Counted from the first letter of the stretch, positions 38,973 through 49,317 are shown. The stretch: DNA of 56,620 nt from Acidimicrobiia bacterium (GCA_003231975.1 QIKW01000079.1:1-56620); one strand, 5' to 3'. Numbers and translations: made by a program. The notes: a model not told the origin generated them from the sequence alone.

Positions 38973-40102
38973 AAGTGCTTCAGGTTGTTGAGGCCAGCTT
39001 TGCCGGCGTTGGCCGTCATGTGATGGATCTTTCCCGCCATCTGATCGCCTCAGGCTTAGAGGTTCACCTGGCCTATGGCTCGGCCCGCGTCGACGGCACC
39101 TTCCTTGCCGGAGCCAGAGGCCTTGGGTTTTCTTCGGTTGTGACTTTCAACGCAGGGGGGCCAGCGGGCGTTGGCCACCTCAAAATTGTCAGGCGCCTGC
39201 GTTCGCTTGTGGCCAGCCTGGGAGTCGACGTGGTGCACGGTCACGCAGCCAGGGGTGGGGCCTTGGCGCGCCTTGCAGCAACCGGGACGCAATCGCGGGT
39301 TGCCTACACCCCAAACGCCCTGATAACCCAAGCGCCGCACATTGGCAGATCCCAGTACTGGTTCTTCCGAGGGTTGGAGGTGGCAATGGCCCCCCGAACC
39401 GACGCCTTGATATATGTGTCCGACGAAGAAGAGAGGCATGGGCTCAGCCTTGGCCTCCGTCCAAGGGCCCAGTATGTAATTCCAAACGGCATAGACCGGG
39501 TTGGGGCCCCCGACCGAGAAAAGGCCAGAGCTGGCTTGGGTTTGGTTGGAGATGCTTTGACGATCGGTTTTGTCGGCCGATTGAGCCCCCAGAAGAACGT
39601 GGGTTTGCTGCTTGACGGGTTTGAGAAGCTGACGGCTCTGCCAGGTTTAGCTGGTGTCGAACTGGTGATTGTCGGCGAGGGCCAGGAGGAATCCATGTTG
39701 AGGACAATGGCCAGGAATGCGGCAGCTGGCTCTGGCTCGAAGATCCACTTTCTCGGCCACCAGGACGGACCAGCCGCTATGCGGGCCTTCGACGTGTTTG
39801 CTCTGCCGAGCAAGTACGAAGGCTTCCCCTATGTGTTGCTTGAGGCTTTGAGCGCCGGGATTCCATGCGTGGCCACCACGGGATGTTCGGCCGAGAGGTT
39901 GCTTGGTGACGGGGCAGCTGGGCTAATCGTCGACGACCACGCCTTTGCCCTCGCTGATGGCCTGGCTTCCCTTCTGAGAAACGAGAGCCGAAGGCGATCA
40001 GCCAGCCTCGCAGCCGAGACGGTAGCTGCCAAATTCTCGGCCGCCGGCATGTCCAGTGGTGTGATCGATGTGTATCGCTCCTTGTGTAGCGGACCCGGAT
40101 GA
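38969..40102 (+). CDS. GT4 glycosyltransferase
   Basis: GVGRHV; IPNGID; VGRLSPQKN; PSKYEGFPYVLLEAL. Confidence 0.92.
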   Translation: MKVLQVVEASFAGVGRHVMDLSRHLIASGLEVHLAYGSARVDGTFLAGARGLGFSSVVTFNAGGPAGVGHLKIVRRLRSLVASLGVDVVHGHAARGGALARLAATGTQSRVAYTPNALITQAPHIGRSQYWFFRGLEVAMAPRTDALIYVSDEEERHGLSLGLRPRAQYVIPNGIDRVGAPDREKARAGLGLVGDALTIGFVGRLSPQKNVGLLLDGFEKLTALPGLAGVELVIVGEGQEESMLRTMARNAAAGSGSKIHFLGHQDGPAAMRAFDVFALPSKYEGFPYVLLEALSAGIPCVATTGCSAERLLGDGAAGLIVDDHAFALADGLASLLRNESRRRSASLAAETVAAKFSAAGMSSGVIDVYRSLCSGPG

Positions 40103-41034
40103 GCCTGCAACGGCATGATGTTGCCAGCAGCCTGAACGCCACGCCAAATTTGTTGCTGGCTGGTGTGCCGCGAGCCGGAACAACCGCTCTGGCCCATGTG
40201 CTTGGCAGGCATCAAGAAATCCATGTGGGGCCCTCGAAGGAACCCCATCACCTGGCCTATGGCGGGCGGGTCAGTGGTTTTGCTGGCCCGGGCGACGATG
40301 TCACAGTGAACCGCCAACTTGTTCTGAATCAGAGCGACTATCTCAATCTCTATCGGCCCGGCAGTGGCTTGGCCTATCGCTGCGATGCGTCGGTTTCCAC
40401 CCTGTACCAGTGGGTAGAAAGTCGGGCTCGCCATCATCTTCTGGCCTCCGACACAAAGGTTGTGATTTGTCTTCGCGAACCACTGGCGCGGGCACATTCC
40501 GCCCACCTCTACCTGACCGGCCGAGGCTTCGAGACAGCGTCGTTTGTCGACGGTCTGGCCCAAGAGGACAATCGGGTTGGGTCAGACTGGCATCACATGT
40601 GGCACTACAGGAGATGCAGCCAGTACAGCTCGCAGCTGGCGGCACTGGCTGAAGATGTGGGCCCAGGCCGCGTCCATATCGTGATAACTGAGGAGCTGAG
40701 AAGGGATCAGTCAGCAGTGATTGCACGCCTGTTCCAGTGGCTCGAGCTTGAGACCAGCCCAGAGGTCCTAACCCCGGTCGGACCCACAAATAGGGGAGGG
40801 GTTGGCCGCAGCCGCTCAGCGAGGGCTCTGCTTGGAGGCCTTTCTCGGATGCCGCTGGCGCAAAAAGCCGCCCGCCGACTGGTGCCGTTCGAGAAGCGTC
40901 ATCGGCTTAGGTCAAAGCTGCTGGTGCAACCCGAGCTGTCCCCAGGTCTGGTTGAAGAACTAGGTCCTCAATTTCGGCCTGATCGAGACGCCGTGTCTGA
41001 ACTGTTGGGTCGGGTGCCGTACGGCTGGCAGTAG
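40099..41034 (+). CDS. PAPS-dependent sulfotransferase
   Basis: 5'-PSB GVPRAGTT; HQEI.....KEP; 3'-PB LREPLARAHS. Confidence 0.88.
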   Translation: MSLQRHDVASSLNATPNLLLAGVPRAGTTALAHVLGRHQEIHVGPSKEPHHLAYGGRVSGFAGPGDDVTVNRQLVLNQSDYLNLYRPGSGLAYRCDASVSTLYQWVESRARHHLLASDTKVVICLREPLARAHSAHLYLTGRGFETASFVDGLAQEDNRVGSDWHHMWHYRRCSQYSSQLAALAEDVGPGRVHIVITEELRRDQSAVIARLFQWLELETSPEVLTPVGPTNRGGVGRSRSARALLGGLSRMPLAQKAARRLVPFEKRHRLRSKLLVQPELSPGLVEELGPQFRPDRDAVSELLGRVPYGWQ

Positions 41035-41196
41035 GCGGGATCGGCCGGGCTGTAGGCGGAGGTGCCCAGTCGGCTTCTGTCCTTGGTGTTGTCTACTAAT
41101 ATGGGACGCCAGGCAGCCTTTGCAATAGAGCGGCAGCCGGAGGGAACCCATGCTTCAAGGTACGGCCTGCTTTTGCGATGCCTCAGTGAGGTCGCG

Positions 41197-42204
41197 GTGA
41201 GCCAGATCCTGATCACAGGCGCAGCTGGCTACATCGGCAGTCACATGGCGGCTCGCTTGGTCGCGGCGGGCCGCGATGTGGTCGGTGTCGACAACTGGAG
41301 CAACTCTCACCGCAGCGTTCCCAAACGGGTTGAAGCGTTGTCGGGACAGTTGGACTTCGTTGAGCTTGACCTTCGTGACCGGGACGGCCTGCAGCTGCTG
41401 TTTGCTGAACGAGACGTCGGAGCCGTGATGCATTTCGCTGGCGTCAAATCGGTCGCAGACTCGGTCAGCGATCCCGTGTCTTACTACGACGTCAATGTGG
41501 GAGCAACCCTTTGCCTGCTTGCAGCAATGGCTGATGCCGACGTCCACGATCTGGTGTTTTCATCGTCGTGTACCGTCTACGGAGAGGGCGATGGTGGTAG
41601 CAGCGCTATCAATGAGCTCTCGCCAATCGCACCGACCAGCCCATACGGTCATTCGAAGCGGATGGTGGAACAGGTACTGGTCCATGCCGCTGAAGCGAAT
41701 CCCCACCTGCGTCTCGTCTCGTTGCGATACTTCAACCCCGGAGGAGCCCACCCAAGTGGCCTGTTGGGCGAGGCCCCAGTTAGGCCGGCACGAAATCTGG
41801 TGCCGCTTCTTGCCCAAGCGGCGTTTCACGGCAGAACAATTCCCGTCTGTGGCACCGATCTGGGTACACCCGACGGCACCTGTGTGCGGGACTACATCCA
41901 CATCGAAGATCTTGTGTCCGGTCATTTGGCGGCACTGGATCATTTGAAGCCCGGCCACGAGGTGATCAACTTGGGCACTGGCACCGGATCTTCGGTGCTG
42001 GAGGTTGTTCAGGCGATGGAACGAGCCTCAGGCCGATCGATCGCCCTTGACCCTCAGCCACCCCGAGCCGGAGATGCGGTTGCGCTCTGGGCCAATCCTG
42101 GCTTGGCTGGCGCGCGGCTTGGGTGGAAAACCGAGCTTGGCCTGGACGACATCTGCCGCAGCCAGTGGCGCTTCCAGATGACCCACCCGAACGGGTACGC
42201 CTGA
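41197..42204 (+). CDS. galE: UDP-glucose 4-epimerase
   Basis: TGAAGYIGSH; HFAG.KSV; FSSSCTVYG; PYG.SK; LRYFNP.GAH.SG; DGT.VRDYIH. Confidence 0.93.
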   Translation: MSQILITGAAGYIGSHMAARLVAAGRDVVGVDNWSNSHRSVPKRVEALSGQLDFVELDLRDRDGLQLLFAERDVGAVMHFAGVKSVADSVSDPVSYYDVNVGATLCLLAAMADADVHDLVFSSSCTVYGEGDGGSSAINELSPIAPTSPYGHSKRMVEQVLVHAAEANPHLRLVSLRYFNPGGAHPSGLLGEAPVRPARNLVPLLAQAAFHGRTIPVCGTDLGTPDGTCVRDYIHIEDLVSGHLAALDHLKPGHEVINLGTGTGSSVLEVVQAMERASGRSIALDPQPPRAGDAVALWANPGLAGARLGWKTELGLDDICRSQWRFQMTHPNGYA

Positions 42205-42206
42205 GA

Positions 42207-43034
42207 TCAGGCTCGTTGGGCGTCTCGCAGCGCCCTGAACCCGATGAGTTCTGCTCCGCTTCGTTCCAATGCCGCCCGAAAGCCCCAATCCAGGGTTACG
42301 AGGTGGGCGTCAGACACCCGAGCGGCCCAAAGCTGGGTGATTGCCCGCAACTCAGGGGTGTCTTCAGCTGGCCGAACATGCAGTTCGGTTAGGCCCGGCG
42401 GCAAATCTCGGATGATCTCATCGATCGGGGCTCTTGCGGACAGGGGCAACGGCACTGCAACTTCGGTGTCTGGCATCAGGATGCCCTCAGCTGCGGCCAG
42501 CTGCCTGGCCTCAAAACCTAGATCCACCGTCGGATCTGGCAGGCTGACCGGGAGGTCGAACTCCAGCGCAAGATCCAAAAAGATGTCGAAGAATTCAGGC
42601 CGGGAGCAAAGTGCTCCCAGATGAGCCGAGAGATGAGTTACGTCGAACCCCCAAAGAATCGCCCTTTCGATCTGAGCCCGGCATTCGCGTCGGGTCTCTT
42701 CGAGATCGGCGTGTTCCCAGAGGTCTGCGACGGTAGTTGGAAAGCCTCCGTTGCCGTCCAGCAGCGACGGTGCCTGGGTAAGCGGCCCCCAGCGGTATGC
42801 CTGATATTCGGAGTTGACGGTGAGGGCAACCCCGGTGTCTTCGTTGAGATACTCAGCCGCCGCGCCCCGAGCCCAGGGGCACGGAACCTGGAGGCCTGCC
42901 GATGTGGCAACACCGTCTCTCAAGCTTCGATACACGGCCAGGTTTGCGGCGTTGGAGGATCCGAGCCCATCGGCAACGATGATCAGAAGGCGGGCGTCTG
43001 CTGGCTTGCCTAGTCGTTGGAGCGCGGCCGACAT
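42207..43034 (-). CDS. ChbG/YdjC-family carbohydrate deacetylase-like protein (metal-site residues partly degenerate)
   Basis: LIIVADGLG (DD in typical members); AQIERA...G.D.THL..H; TEL.V.P. Confidence 0.75.
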   Translation of the reverse strand: MSAALQRLGKPADARLLIIVADGLGSSNAANLAVYRSLRDGVATSAGLQVPCPWARGAAAEYLNEDTGVALTVNSEYQAYRWGPLTQAPSLLDGNGGFPTTVADLWEHADLEETRRECRAQIERAILWGFDVTHLSAHLGALCSRPEFFDIFLDLALEFDLPVSLPDPTVDLGFEARQLAAAEGILMPDTEVAVPLPLSARAPIDEIIRDLPPGLTELHVRPAEDTPELRAITQLWAARVSDAHLVTLDWGFRAALERSGAELIGFRALRDAQRA

Positions 43035-43044
43035 TGGGCCAACG

Positions 43045-43623
43045 CTACTCCAACGGCTGGTCTGGTCCATCACAGGCAGACCAGAGCCCCCTACCTTGCG
43101 CCCTGGCCTCGTTGCGCACCCCGACAAATTCTGATTCGAATGTTGTGTTCGGCTCCAGAAACAGCACGTCGGCGAATCCCTGCTCCACCAACCACCGGTT
43201 GACGTTGAGCCCGTCTGTGGCCCGCGTCACGTACAGAAGCAGACGTCCGAACCGATCTCGTGGTTCGGTATCCCGCTGGATTTGCACCTCGGAGCCAACC
43301 GGCAACAACCCGGCGAGGGCGTCTGCTGCCTCTTGGCCATAACACTGGACCGGCACGCTTTCGCTCTTGGTTTCAGGGGTGTCTATCCCAATCAGGCGCA
43401 CCCGCTCTTCTTGGCCGTCGATGATCAAGTCCAGCGTGTCTCCGTCGACTATGAACTCGACTTCGGCAACGAGGGCCCCACCCTCCAGCTCAGTAGGCGT
43501 CGCTGATGGTGAGCCTGTGCAAGCGGACGTGAACAGCAGCGCCACGGCGCCGATCTGCAGAAACCATCGTGACCGAGGCCCGGAACCAGAGGAGGGCAAT
43601 GGCCTACGCCGCCAGACTTTCAT
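43045..43623 (-). CDS. Thermonuclease (SNase) family lipoprotein
   Basis: Lipobox FTSAC; VDGDT; VRLIGIDTPE; DRFGRLL.Y; LVEQGFA; GRGLW. Confidence 0.92.
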   Translation of the reverse strand: MKVWRRRPLPSSGSGPRSRWFLQIGAVALLFTSACTGSPSATPTELEGGALVAEVEFIVDGDTLDLIIDGQEERVRLIGIDTPETKSESVPVQCYGQEAADALAGLLPVGSEVQIQRDTEPRDRFGRLLLYVTRATDGLNVNRWLVEQGFADVLFLEPNTTFESEFVGVRNEARAQGRGLWSACDGPDQPLE

Positions 43624-43818
43624 CCTCGACAGGATCCAGGTGCGGCTCGAGGGCCGCCCTGGCCTTGCGGAGACCGGCAATTCCCACCCGACGGGTAGTG
43701 CTGCTGAGCTGCCAGCTGCGTTGTTCGGTAACCAGGGTTAGTTGAGCATTCTTCATGAGAACCATTATGAGAAAGGGGTATGACACTCATTCGCCAACAG
43801 CCCAAAGAGTGGGGGTTT

Positions 43819-44757
43819 TCATGTCTGATCGTCGGTGAAGGTGGCTGGTTCACGGCGCCGACGGTCAACGCTCAGCCCAAGAACGTCAGGTCGGCTGTAA
43901 TGACCCGCAGGATCGAAGTTCTGCCGCTCCCGCTCAACCAGAGTTAGATCCAGATCTGCACAAAGGAGGATCTCTTCATGGCGCTCGGCCTTGGCCAAAA
44001 CATGGCCGTCCGGCCCAACGATGATTGACCCTCCGCTGGCGAATCGATTGTGAACTGCCAACATTTCGTCACGAAGAGGGAAGTCTTCCGGAATGTGCTT
44101 CTCTTGAAGTACCGCTCCGGCGCTGACAACGAACAGTCTTCCTTCCATCGCAACGAATCGGCTGATGTCGTGAGAGATTGCCGGCGACCCGGGCCAGGTG
44201 GCAATGTGAATGTGCGGCCCCTGGGCGTACAAGGCGGCCCTGGCCAGCGGCATCCAGTTCTCCCAGCAGTTGAGACCGCTGAGCTTGGTACCACCAAAGT
44301 CGTGCGCCACCAGCCCGGCACCATCGCCGTCGGCCCACATGAGCCGCTCGCCGTAAGTTGGCTTGAGCTTTCGGTGGGTGCCGACGATGCCTCTTTCGGG
44401 GTGAATGGCAACCAAAGTGCAGTAAATCGAGGTGGCGGACTGTGACCGCTCGGCTATTCCGAGGTAGACGAAGATGCCGTTCTCGGCGGCGGCCCGGACA
44501 ACGTCGTCCAGGTCTCCTCGGCCCACGTCAACAGCTGAGCTGAGGTAGTAGGCGAAGGCTGCCTTCTGCTTCTCGTCGTTAAATTGGGAGGCAGGGGTGA
44601 TATCGGCCCAAAAGGGGTACCCGGCAACGAAGGTCTCGGGGAACGCAACCAATTGGGCGCCCAACGCCGCGGCCCGCTCCAAAACCTCAACCACCTTTGT
44701 TATTGAGGCCTCCCTGTCCAGGAAGACGGGGGCCATTTGGGCGGCAGCAACTCGCAT
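43819..44757 (-). CDS. Nitrilase (carbon-nitrogen hydrolase)
   Basis: Catalytic triad FPE, HRKL.PT..ER, LNCWENWMP; FD.AGHYSRPD. Confidence 0.92.
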   Translation of the reverse strand: MRVAAAQMAPVFLDREASITKVVEVLERAAALGAQLVAFPETFVAGYPFWADITPASQFNDEKQKAAFAYYLSSAVDVGRGDLDDVVRAAAENGIFVYLGIAERSQSATSIYCTLVAIHPERGIVGTHRKLKPTYGERLMWADGDGAGLVAHDFGGTKLSGLNCWENWMPLARAALYAQGPHIHIATWPGSPAISHDISRFVAMEGRLFVVSAGAVLQEKHIPEDFPLRDEMLAVHNRFASGGSIIVGPDGHVLAKAERHEEILLCADLDLTLVERERQNFDPAGHYSRPDVLGLSVDRRRREPATFTDDQT

Positions 44758-44828
44758 CCCAGAACGCTACCCGTTACACGGGGTGATGTCGGCCCTCATT
44801 TCGCCGGGTGTGGCAGCGGCTGGTTTGG

Positions 44829-45866
44829 TCAGCAGGAAAGCGAGCCAGAGTCGATCAGCGGGCCCTCTTCCTGCTCGGCTGACGAGGGGGTGTTTATGAA
44901 TTCCCAATCAAAGCTGTCTGGCCACAAAGTGAGCTGGAGGACTCCCCGGTTCTTGTCGGCGCGCATGGCAGACCCCGGCCGAGGTTCACCAAAACCGGTA
45001 AGCGGACCGCCGCCAACGCCTACCGTGAAATTCGTGATCCCACCCTCGGCGGGCTGACCATTGGGTGCCAGGGGGTCGAACCGTTCGTAGTGATGGGAAT
45101 GGCCAACAATCAGAACGTCAGTACCGGCCCCGTGCAACCGCCCGTACATGGCAGACAGGGCGTCGAGCCCGCGGTAGTTAGGCGAGGAGGTGAAACGAGG
45201 CATGTGCCACATTGCAAGTCGGCACTCGTACTTCTTCTCTTTGAGGGTGGCGTCCAGCCATAGGTATTGCTCTGATTCCGTGCCGCAGCCACCAATTTCT
45301 GAACAGTTCGAATTGAGGACAATCACTTGCCAGGCGCCAAGCTCAACTGCATACCAACCCTTCCCGGTTTCGCCTGGCTGGTCTTTCATTGCGGCGAAGT
45401 AGGGAGCGGCCCCGGGTGTGTTGTACTCGTTGTCGCCTATGGCACTGAGAATCCGTGGGAGGTCGTCTTCGTACAGCGGGAAGAAGCAGTCGTCGAAGTC
45501 CTGCTGGGTTGCGTCTGGATAGGCCAAGTCACCCGCAATCAGAATAGTGCCTTCGAGGCTGTCAATAAGTTCCGCAACCTCGGCGGCGGGCGGGCGGCAG
45601 TCTGCCATGTCGGCAACGGCCAGCACGGTGACTGGTTCCTGGATGGCCGTAGTAGGCAGCGCTGCCGTGCTTGACGGTTCGGATGAAGTGGTGCTTGGCG
45701 GTTCGGATGAAGTGGTGCTTGGCGGTTCGGATGAAGTGGTGCTTGGCGCTTGAGCCTCGCCAGCTTGCGCGGTGGCTGTGCTTGTCTGGGCCGCCTCGTT
45801 TGGTCCTGCCGCGCACGCAGCCAAAATCAAACCCGCGACAGCAGCAACTACAAGTCCGTTTCGCAC
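44829..45866 (-). CDS. Metallophosphoesterase lipoprotein (calcineurin-like)
   Basis: Lipobox LAAC; AD, AGDLAY, GDNEY (degenerate GNHEY), WH.PRF, GHSHHYER. Confidence 0.85.
   Translation of the reverse strand: MRNGLVVAAVAGLILAACAAGPNEAAQTSTATAQAGEAQAPSTTSSEPPSTTSSEPPSTTSSEPSSTAALPTTAIQEPVTVLAVADMADCRPPAAEVAELIDSLEGTILIAGDLAYPDATQQDFDDCFFPLYEDDLPRILSAIGDNEYNTPGAAPYFAAMKDQPGETGKGWYAVELGAWQVIVLNSNCSEIGGCGTESEQYLWLDATLKEKKYECRLAMWHMPRFTSSPNYRGLDALSAMYGRLHGAGTDVLIVGHSHHYERFDPLAPNGQPAEGGITNFTVGVGGGPLTGFGEPRPGSAMRADKNRGVLQLTLWPDSFDWEFINTPSSAEQEEGPLIDSGSLSC
45667..45748. repeat. 24-bp in-frame tandem repeat encoding PSTTSSEP linker
   Basis: GTGCTTG(A/G)CGGTTCGGATGAAGTG x3 plus a partial unit. Confidence 0.9.
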
Positions 45867-45905
45867 CAGCTAGATGGAAGCACAGATTGATGCCAGAGTG
45901 AGGCC

Positions 45906-46892
45906 ATGACGAAACTGAATCGGTACGGCATCTCTATTCCGTTCGGCGGGCTGTCGTTGGCTGATCACAAAGAAGCCTTTCGGGAAGTGGTTGACCTGGG
46001 CTACACCGATGTGTGGTCCTCCGAGGCGGACGGGGCAGACGGGTTCACGCCGTTGGCGTTGGCCTCGGCTTGGGCACCCGAGCTGCGGCTGGGCGTTGCC
46101 ATCATTCCTGCCTTCACCCGCGGGCCCGCGTTGCTGGCCCAAAGCGTGGCGTCGCTGGCCGACATGGCGCCGGGCCGGTTTGTAATGGGGGTTGGCTCTT
46201 CGTCAAACGTGATCGTTGAACGGTGGAACGGTATTGACTTTGACCAGCCGTATTACAGGACCCGAGACGTGGTTCGGTTCCTGAAAGCGGCGCTGACGGG
46301 CGAGAAGGTAACTGAGCAGTACCAGACATTCAAGGTTGGCGGATTCCGCCTAGGGATCGTACCGGCCGAGCCGCCGCCCATTCTGGTGGCAGCCTTGCAG
46401 GAGGGAATGCTCCGTATGGCAGGCAGAGAAGGCGACGGGGCCATCATCAACTGGTTGTCGGCCGACGACGTGCGAACGGTGGCCCCCATTGTTCACGATG
46501 CGGCTGCGGCCGCCGGCAAGCCGCCCCCCGAAATTGCGGCGAGGATCTTCGTGTGCCCAAGCGACGATGCTGACACGGTGCGTGAGCAAGCCAAGTTTGC
46601 CATTGCGGCGTATCTGAATGTGCCGGTCTACGCTGCCTTTCACCGATGGTTGGGGCGGGGCCACCAACTCGACGCCATGTGGAGTCACTGGCAGGCTGGC
46701 GACCGCAAGGCCGCTCTGAGTGCGATCCCAGACTCAGTGGTCGATGACCTGGTCGTCCACGGGACTCCAGAAGCCTGCAAAGAGCACATTGAGCGTTACG
46801 TCCAGGCCGGTGTCGACACCCCTGCTCTTTCGGTACTGCCACTTGCCGGAGTTGACACACGCCAGGCGGTGCGGGATCTGGCCCCGGGTTGA
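45906..46892 (+). CDS. LLM-class (probably F420-dependent) oxidoreductase
   Basis: GYTDVWSSE..G.D.FTPL; TRGP.LLAQ; GRF..G.G.SS; AAL...ML..AG...DG. Confidence 0.88.
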   Translation: MTKLNRYGISIPFGGLSLADHKEAFREVVDLGYTDVWSSEADGADGFTPLALASAWAPELRLGVAIIPAFTRGPALLAQSVASLADMAPGRFVMGVGSSSNVIVERWNGIDFDQPYYRTRDVVRFLKAALTGEKVTEQYQTFKVGGFRLGIVPAEPPPILVAALQEGMLRMAGREGDGAIINWLSADDVRTVAPIVHDAAAAAGKPPPEIAARIFVCPSDDADTVREQAKFAIAAYLNVPVYAAFHRWLGRGHQLDAMWSHWQAGDRKAALSAIPDSVVDDLVVHGTPEACKEHIERYVQAGVDTPALSVLPLAGVDTRQAVRDLAPG

Positions 46893-46893
46893 T

Positions 46894-49317
46894 CTATTCG
46901 GCTTGCCCCGGCAGCCAAACAACGAAGAAGTCGTCGACGGTGATGTCGGTCCTTTCGAGGGGAATTTCGGCCGCTTGAATGTTCAGGGCCTTGTCGGTCC
47001 ATTCGTCGTCGATCTCGATCACCGCTTCCCGAAGGTCGGCCTCTAGTTCCTCCAGATCGTCAACCCTTTCGTCGACGCGATTCTGAGCAGTTTGCAAACG
47101 GGCTTCCACCCCTCTTGCCTGGCGGCTGCCCGAAGCCATCCGCCTGGCGGCAGCTCCCAGGGATCGGGCGGACTTCCGGCCGCCGAACAGCCCGCCCAGA
47201 ATTGACGTGCCCATGTTGATCAGGTTCTGGTTCTTGCGACCCTGCTGCTGGCCCTCTAGTTCCACAACTCTGTCTTCCGCCTTGGCCAGAGCAACTTGAA
47301 TGCGGTCGTACTTGGCCTCCAGTTTTGTGCGGAGTTTCTCGGCGGCAGCATCGGCACCGTCGTCTGCGGCCTTCTTGCATCGCAACGCGAAGGCCTCTTC
47401 GGACTCGCCGGGCCTGCTCCACAGCTTGAGGTCTGGATTGTTGAGGAGCGCAACGGTTTGGTCGGTGTACAGCTTGGTTTTGAGCGCGGCCTGAGCTTTC
47501 TTGAAAGCAGTTGCTGTGAGACTGAACTGTGGCACGAGATAGATCGGGTTCGGCGGGGCGTCCACCACGAAGTCCCTGTCGTCGAAGTCAACCGGAATGG
47601 CTTCGTCGATGTCTATCTCGGGCCCGGTCAGTGGCACGATTGCTTCCCATTCCTCAACATGGCGAAGTTTGGCCTTTGTGTCGTCAAACAGCAGGCTGAC
47701 CCGAGCCGCCAATGCGGGCGTGAGCCGGGCGCCGGTGGTTAGTGCCCCCACCTCCTCGAGCCAGGGGGCAGTGGAATGCACATACCGCATCTTTGCTCCC
47801 TTTGGCACCTTCGGCGGAACGGACGACTCGTCGTCGGCCAACTGGGCGACTTCGTCCGGCACGGGATCGGTCGAGGTGCCTCCGGCGAGAGTGGTCGCTG
47901 AATCGGCGGCCCCGGAATTGGCGGATCGGTACTCTTCCATCAAACCACTGATCTGGTCGCGGGTTAGTGGGCCGGCCAGGTAGCTCATCGCCCAGCGGGT
48001 CGTGAGAAGAGGAAGTTGGCCGGACCGGGCCGAACGAAGCACAAACTGGCGTTTCCCGAGCCCGCTGATGATGCGCTCGATCTCCTTGACGTCGACCTCG
48101 CCGTCAGCAGACCGCAGACCGTCAACCAGCCGGTTCTTGTCCTGCTCGGTTTGAAGCCTGCCGATCATCCATGTGCCCGCGTTGCTGATGGCCTTGTAGT
48201 CCAGGTCAACCGGGTTTTGTGTGCTGAGCACCAAGCCAACGCCGTAGGCCCTTGCCTGTTTCAACAGCGTGAGGATGGGCGCCTTCGTTGGCGGATTGGC
48301 CGTTGGTGGGGCGTATCCCGCAACTTCGTCGATATACACCAGAACCCTGAGTTCGCCGGTGCCCGACTGGGCCCGCATCCAGCTGATCAGCTTGCTGAGC
48401 ACGAGGGTGACCGCAAACTTTCGCTCGGTCTCATCCAGATGGCTGAGGCTGACAACCGCCGCTCGCGGCTGACCAGAGCGATCCCACAGCATCGACTCGA
48501 TATCTAGGGGTTCGCCTTTGGTCCATGCCGCAAAACTGGGCGAGGCCAGCAACCCATTCAACTTCATTACCAAAGCCTGGCGGTCGTTCGGCGGGAAGAA
48601 TGAGTCCAATTCCAGAACACCGAGCTTGCGAATGGGCGGGTCCATCAATTGGCCAAGGAGAGTTGGGAGATCCATCTCGGCCCCGCTGTTCCAGGCCCGT
48701 GTAATGAGGTTGGCCATCAGAATGTGTTCACGGCCGGACAGCGAATCACTTTGCACTCCAACGAGGCTCAGTAGCCCGGCGACCGTGCTGTCGACCTCAT
48801 CTTGAAGAACCTGGGGGTCATCGCTTGACGGTTTGGCAAGCCTCCCGAGCGCGTTCAGCGGAACGCCACTGGTTGAGCCTGGGGTGTAGACGACTGGCTT
48901 GGCCGCAGTTCTCAGAACTTCGATGTCTGAGCCGTCGAGATTCCAGGATGCCAGGCCGCTCTTCCACAACTCTGCGGTGTCGGCGGCCAGTGCCGCAACC
49001 GTTGTTTGCTCTACGCGGGCTGCACCCTCGTCAACCCAGGGCTCGAAGTCTTGTGGGGCAAGCGAGGGGAAGGTGAGACAGAGATTGGCGAGGTCGCCCT
49101 TTGGGTCGATCGCCAGAACGGGGATGCCCGAAAGAAGGGCTTCCTCCAATAAGACGATCCCAAGCCCGGTTTTGCCGGACCCCGTCATTCCAACAATCAC
49201 GCCGTGAGTGGTGAAATCAGCGCTGTCAATAAATACGCGGTCGCCCGTCCGATCACCGGACGTTGGGGCTATCTGCTCACCAACGAAGAGCTCTCCTGGG
49301 GCACGTTCAACTGCCAT
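46894..49317 (-). CDS. HerA/FtsK-superfamily ATPase (DUF87-like) with C-terminal coiled coil
   Basis: THG.IVGMTGSGKT Walker A; IDPKGD; VYIDE Walker B; KQARAYGVG..LSTQNP.D. Confidence 0.85.
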   Translation of the reverse strand: MAVERAPGELFVGEQIAPTSGDRTGDRVFIDSADFTTHGVIVGMTGSGKTGLGIVLLEEALLSGIPVLAIDPKGDLANLCLTFPSLAPQDFEPWVDEGAARVEQTTVAALAADTAELWKSGLASWNLDGSDIEVLRTAAKPVVYTPGSTSGVPLNALGRLAKPSSDDPQVLQDEVDSTVAGLLSLVGVQSDSLSGREHILMANLITRAWNSGAEMDLPTLLGQLMDPPIRKLGVLELDSFFPPNDRQALVMKLNGLLASPSFAAWTKGEPLDIESMLWDRSGQPRAAVVSLSHLDETERKFAVTLVLSKLISWMRAQSGTGELRVLVYIDEVAGYAPPTANPPTKAPILTLLKQARAYGVGLVLSTQNPVDLDYKAISNAGTWMIGRLQTEQDKNRLVDGLRSADGEVDVKEIERIISGLGKRQFVLRSARSGQLPLLTTRWAMSYLAGPLTRDQISGLMEEYRSANSGAADSATTLAGGTSTDPVPDEVAQLADDESSVPPKVPKGAKMRYVHSTAPWLEEVGALTTGARLTPALAARVSLLFDDTKAKLRHVEEWEAIVPLTGPEIDIDEAIPVDFDDRDFVVDAPPNPIYLVPQFSLTATAFKKAQAALKTKLYTDQTVALLNNPDLKLWSRPGESEEAFALRCKKAADDGADAAAEKLRTKLEAKYDRIQVALAKAEDRVVELEGQQQGRKNQNLINMGTSILGGLFGGRKSARSLGAAARRMASGSRQARGVEARLQTAQNRVDERVDDLEELEADLREAVIEIDDEWTDKALNIQAAEIPLERTDITVDDFFVVWLPGQAE

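Noticed and set aside
43045-49317. Thermonuclease plus HerA-like ATPase as an anti-phage system
   Set aside because: The nuclease is an exported lipoprotein and is separated from the ATPase by three unrelated genes.
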